From Azolla caroliniana (Eukaryota; Plantae; Polypodiophyta): 12,550 nt of DNA. Each line of letters begins with the position of its first letter. Positions within the stretch are counted from its first letter, which is position 1. Location of the stretch: assembly GCA_043228905.1 (NCBI GenBank), contig JBHGNT010001053.1:1-12550 (forward strand), in the 5' to 3' direction. Positions 8,676 to 12,550 of this stretch are shown one piece after another. The translations under genes and the position numbers were made by a program. The notes under the pieces were generated by a model. That model was not told the origin of the DNA. It was given only the letters and a program-made list of their open reading frames with translations, and did not search any database.

Positions 8676-10727
8676 CCAGTCTTCACCTTGTAGACCCACT
8701 TGTTCTTGAGTGCTCTCTTACCCTTCAACAGCTCTACCAGGTTGTAGGTGTAATTCTTGTGCAAGGATTCCATCTCATCTTGCATTGTGCTTAGCCATTT
8801 CTCTCTATGCTCGTCGGCAATGGCTTTTTCATAGCACTCTGGTTCACCTTCATCAGTCAAGAGGATGTATTGACTGGCATATGTTGTCGGTGCTTTCCTT
8901 TCTTTGAGTGGGCATCTCCTTCCATTCGTTGTTGGCTCTCTTTCAGATGTCTCTGCCAACTCTTCCCTCCACTCGGGCTCCTGCACGTCAATCAAAATCT
9001 CTAAGTTGGGTAACTCCAACTCATACTCTTCAATTGACCTTAGCAGCTCTGCCGACTCTGACTCATAGTCAGTTGGTCTCTCCGAGTCGACCGACTCGGA
9101 TTCAGTTGTGCCGACTGGCCGTCTCCGAATAGCCGACGTTGTCGGGGTTGACTGGGGAGTCATATCTGACTTTTGTTGCTTCCAATCTTCAATCGTCTTA
9201 TCTTAAAGAAAGACTACGTCCTGACTTCTCACTACCTTCTTGTCGACTAGGTCCCATAACCTATAGCCAAACTCATCTTCCGAGTATCCCATGAATATGC
9301 ATGCTTTCGACTTACTATTGAGCTTTGACCTCTGATCCTTCGGTACATGCATATATCCCAAACATCCAAACACCCTCAAGTGTTGGTAGGAGACATCCTT
9401 CCCAGTCCATACTCTCTGTGGGACAACACCCTTTAATGGTACTGAGGGAGACCTGTTGATAAGATAAACAATTGTGTACATCTCCTCGGCCCAATAGGAT
9501 TTCGGCAATTTCACATGAGAGAGCATGCTCCTTACCCTCTCCATGATTGTTCGATTCATCCTCTTTGCAAGCCCGTTCAATTCTGGGGTCTTCGGCAATG
9601 TGTATTCGATCTGAATACCTTGGCACTTGCAGTATTCCTCGAATTGTCCTCTATACTCGCCACCGTTGTCGGTTCGAACAACCTTTAATTTCCGACCCGA
9701 CTCTCATTCAGTTCTAGCCTGGAACTCCTTGAAAACTGACAATATTTGATCCTTTCACTTCAGTACAAAGGCCCACGTCTTCCAACTATAGTCGTCAATA
9801 AATGTCACAAAGTACTGTCCACCTCGATGCGATGGAGCATCTACATAGGACACATCCGTGTGTACCAGTTCCAATGCATCCTCTCTTCTTCTTGGTGGTG
9901 TTGTGTGGAATGCTGATCTATTCTGCTTTTTGACTAAGCATTCGACGCAGTTCTCCAGGTGCACTCCCTTGACTTCTGGTAGAAGCTTTTGGTTGGCTAG
10001 CAGGTGCATTCCTTTCTTACTCATGTGGCCTAGCCTCTTATGCCATATCTCTCTTGCCGAGTTGACTACCACATTTACTTCCGATTTGCATAGTCGGGCA
10101 TGCATCATATATAATGTGGCTTCTTTCTATGCTCGGGCCACTATAAGATTTCCTTGGTAGAACTTCCACTTGCCATTCCGAAAGCTACCACTATAGCCTT
10201 CGTCATCTAACCTTCTAGTCGATATCAGATTCAATCTGATATCGGGGACGTGTCGAACATCCGTCAGAGTCAGTGAACACCCTGTTAACGTCGTCAAGCA
10301 GACACTTCCGACTTCGGCTATCTTGCACTCTCCATTATCTCCCATTTTCACATAACCGTGATCTCCGGCTATGTAAGTTGAGAAATACTCTCTCGACGGA
10401 GTTATGTGGAACGATGCCTCAGAATCGATCACTCAAGTGCATTCTTCACTTGCAAGATTTGCACTTGTCTGTTCATAGATGAACAACATTTCTTCATTGC
10501 TTGTGGCAATGGCAGAAGTGTTCTTCTCATCAGGAATCTTCCTGGGTTCGACATTGTTTCCAACACCCTTGTCTTTTCTCATGTGTCGACAATCCTTCTG
10601 GAAGTGTCCAGGTTTACCATAGTAAAAGCACACTAGCTTACCTCTGGACTTCGATCTGGCTTTGGACTTTTCTCTCCTTGGTGGACTTCTTTGCCGGTTC
10701 CTTCCTCTGTCCGAATGTTGTGTTACA
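8676..10727 (-). pseudogene. Ty1/copia (Tnt1/Tork-like) polyprotein fragment A: gag knuckle, protease, GAG-pre-integrase, integrase, SH3-like domain, start of RT
   Basis: CFYYGKPGHFQKDC; *VIDSEASFH; WHKRLGH...CVEC; VHTDV, FIDD, SDNGGEY, TPELNGLAKRMNRT; LRVFGC...GYRLWD; EPECYEKA...ALKNKWVYKVK; several stops; both ends truncated. Confidence 0.95.
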
Positions 10728-11129
10728 TCACGACAACGCGCTCCTCGACTGTCTGGTCCCGCGCTCTTTGACTTCTTCGGTTGGATTGTCGGCTCCTTAG
10801 GCCTACGTCATCCTTCTTCTCGCCATTTCCATTACTTGAACCGGCTGTCTCTGATTCGTCTTCTTCTCTGACTTCCCACTTCCCTTTGGTTGGTTCTTGT
10901 TTCGGCGAATCATCACAATTGTTGCTCCTCAATGTTGCTCTCCCCCTCAAGTGCGGCATGTTGAGGTGTTGAATCCCAAGCATCTCCGAGAAGTGTTGCA
11001 ACTTGTCCGTTCCGAGAGCCTTGGTGAAAATATCGGCAACCTGTCGATCGGTTCGAACATACCATAGTTCGATCTCACCGCACAAAGTGATAGTGTACTT
11101 CTATGTGCTTGGTGCAAGCATGGAACACT
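10723..11129 (-). pseudogene. Ty1/copia RNase H C-terminal fragment with a charged extension (a different element)
   Basis: VFHACTKHIEVHYHFV, then after a small deletion GEIELWYVRTDRQVADIFTKALG...HLRGR; lies upstream of fragment A's gag, so it is not collinear with A. Confidence 0.9.
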
Positions 11130-11153
11130 CAAGAAAGACGAAGACAGTTCACA

Positions 11154-11660
11154 TGTTGCCCATCACGACCGAACACAACCTCCTACACACACATATAGGA
11201 GAGCCCTAACAGAAACAGAGATACTCGACACCCCTAGCAGAAACAAGGGCACTCGAAGCAGAGACAGAATGAAACAGAAACACAATGAAATAGAAGAAAG
11301 AACAAACTACTATTATGTTACAAGAAAATGTAACCCTCAGAGGGGAACCCTAAAAGAAATGGGGAAACAAAACGGTTTGGAACCCAACGGGTGGGAACCT
11401 TGGAACCTCCAAAACGAGGAATCCCTTTACAAGGGGCGCACTCTCCCTTTTATAGAACAAGGTGAGGTCGCGTGACTATGTGGGATAAATCTCGATTTAC
11501 ATGGGATCCTTCTGTCCCGACTTTATTGCCATTCGGCGCCATAAAGGCACCCCTAACTCCTATGCTAATTTTGTACAAGGGTGCGTGCATGTGCTGCAGT
11601 GCGCCGATTCCTTCAATATCTCTCAGTTTCTCACTGTGGCCCAGAATCTTCACAACAACA
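11154..11660 (-). repeat. Unpaired LTR-like segment (~507 bp; boundaries uncertain)
   Basis: TGTTG...CAACA termini; minus-strand CTATAAAAGGG (11445-11455) followed by T-rich R/U5-like sequence with short tandem repeats; abuts copia fragment B; no TSD or PBS. Confidence 0.5.
11204..11290. repeat. Degenerate short tandem repeats (2 x 28 bp, then 2 x 16 bp)
   Basis: CCCTAACAGAAACAGAGATACTCGA vs CCCTAGCAGAAACAAGGGCACTCGA (20/25); CAGAGACAGAATGAAA vs CAGAAACACAATGAAA. Confidence 0.6.
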
Positions 11661-12550
11661 TGACCCAAGAACTTAATAGAGGAAGAAGAGAACATAAAAG
11701 TCTAGAAAATGGAGATAGACTTTATGCAAGGTCGAAATATAGAGGAAGACCTACATGCTTCTATTGTGAGAAGCCTGGTCACTTCCAAAAGAATTGTCGA
11801 CACCTTAGGAAGGACAAAGGCATGGTTGATGAGATCGAACCCAAAAAAATTTCTGATGATAAAAATACCTCAACCATTGCAACTAGTGAAGAAGAGATGT
11901 TATTCATATGTGAACAAGGTAGTGTGAATCTTGCAAGTGCTGAGAGTTCATGGGTAGTAGATTCCGGTGCATCATTTCACCTAACTCCCAAAAGTGAATG
12001 CTTCTCATCTTACACAACGGGTGACTATGGCTATGTAAGGATGGGAAATAACGGTGGGCATAGGAACTATGTGCTTGCTAACATCTACTAGCTGCAGGTT
12101 AATGTTGAAGGATGTACGCCATGTTCCGGATGTCAGACTGAATCTGATATCGGTTGGACAACTAGACGATGAAGGCTACAATGGTGGCTTTCGAAATGGT
12201 ACATGGAAGTTCTGTAAAGGGAGCCTGATCGTGGCTAAAGCCCAAAAACAGAACACATTGTATGTAATGCATGCGAAGTTGTGCCGAGATGAAGCAAATG
12301 TAGTGGCTGGTTCAGATGGTGAGTTGTGGCATAAAAGGCTCGGACACATGAGCGAAAGGGGAATGCATATTCTTGCGGAAAAAGATTTTCTGCCCGAGGT
12401 GAAAGGAATACACTTGGAAAAGTGTGTGGACTGCTTGGCTGGAAAGCAGAATAGGACAACCTTTCACTACAGACCTCTGATGAGAAGAGAGAATGCTTTA
12501 GAGCTCATTCACATAGATGTGTGCTATGTGGATGCCGCATCACATCGTGG
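11661..12550 (+). pseudogene. Ty1/copia (Tnt1/Tork-like) polyprotein fragment B: gag knuckle, protease, GAG-pre-integrase, start of integrase; runs off the window
   Basis: CFYCEKPGHFQKNC; WVVDSGASFH; frameshifting deletion at ~12056; LKDVRHVPDVRLNLISVGQLDDEGY; LWHKRLGHMSE...CVDC; LELIHIDVC. Confidence 0.95.

Noticed and set aside
10721-11169. Shared TGTT..CATCACGAC at 10721 and 11154 as paired LTR ends
   Set aside because: The match is only 9 bp, which is expected by chance within ~1 kb, and similarity does not extend.
8710-11209. Plus-strand ORFs antisense to the copia fragments
   Set aside because: They are antisense shadows with no independent coding signal.
11204-11410. CRISPR-like or satellite array
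   Set aside because: Only two degenerate copies per unit, no spacers, and a eukaryotic retroelement context.
11501-11660. N-terminal part of the 196-aa ORF 11501-12091 as genuine gag
   Set aside because: It has no gag similarity and is a chance open frame through the antisense LTR-like segment.

Overview
This eukaryotic, plant-like window consists almost entirely of nested, decayed LTR retrotransposons; I found no host genes or RNA genes. (1) A full-length Ty3/gypsy chromovirus lies on the minus strand at 678-6321. It has ~93% identical LTRs, a 5-bp TSD with one mismatch, and a gag-PR-RT-RH-IN-chromodomain order with many stops and frameshifts. It lacks a tRNA PBS but has a 13-nt segment complementary to its own predicted transcript start, suggesting Tf1-like self-priming, and a slippery site plus pseudoknot at the gag/pol junction. 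(2) It sits inside an older gypsy-type gag (7237->6322, resuming at 677), whose frame is restored when the insertion is removed. (3) Two related Tnt1/Tork-like copia fragments diverge head-to-head (8676-10727 minus; 11661-12550 plus). Both are cut at nearly the same gag codon and flank a ~940-bp composite of a third copia's RNase H end plus an LTR-like segment. (4) Three unpaired LTR-like segments occur at 1-448/579, 8061-8675 and ~11154-11660. All counts and alignments were done by eye, and lineage names are inferences.
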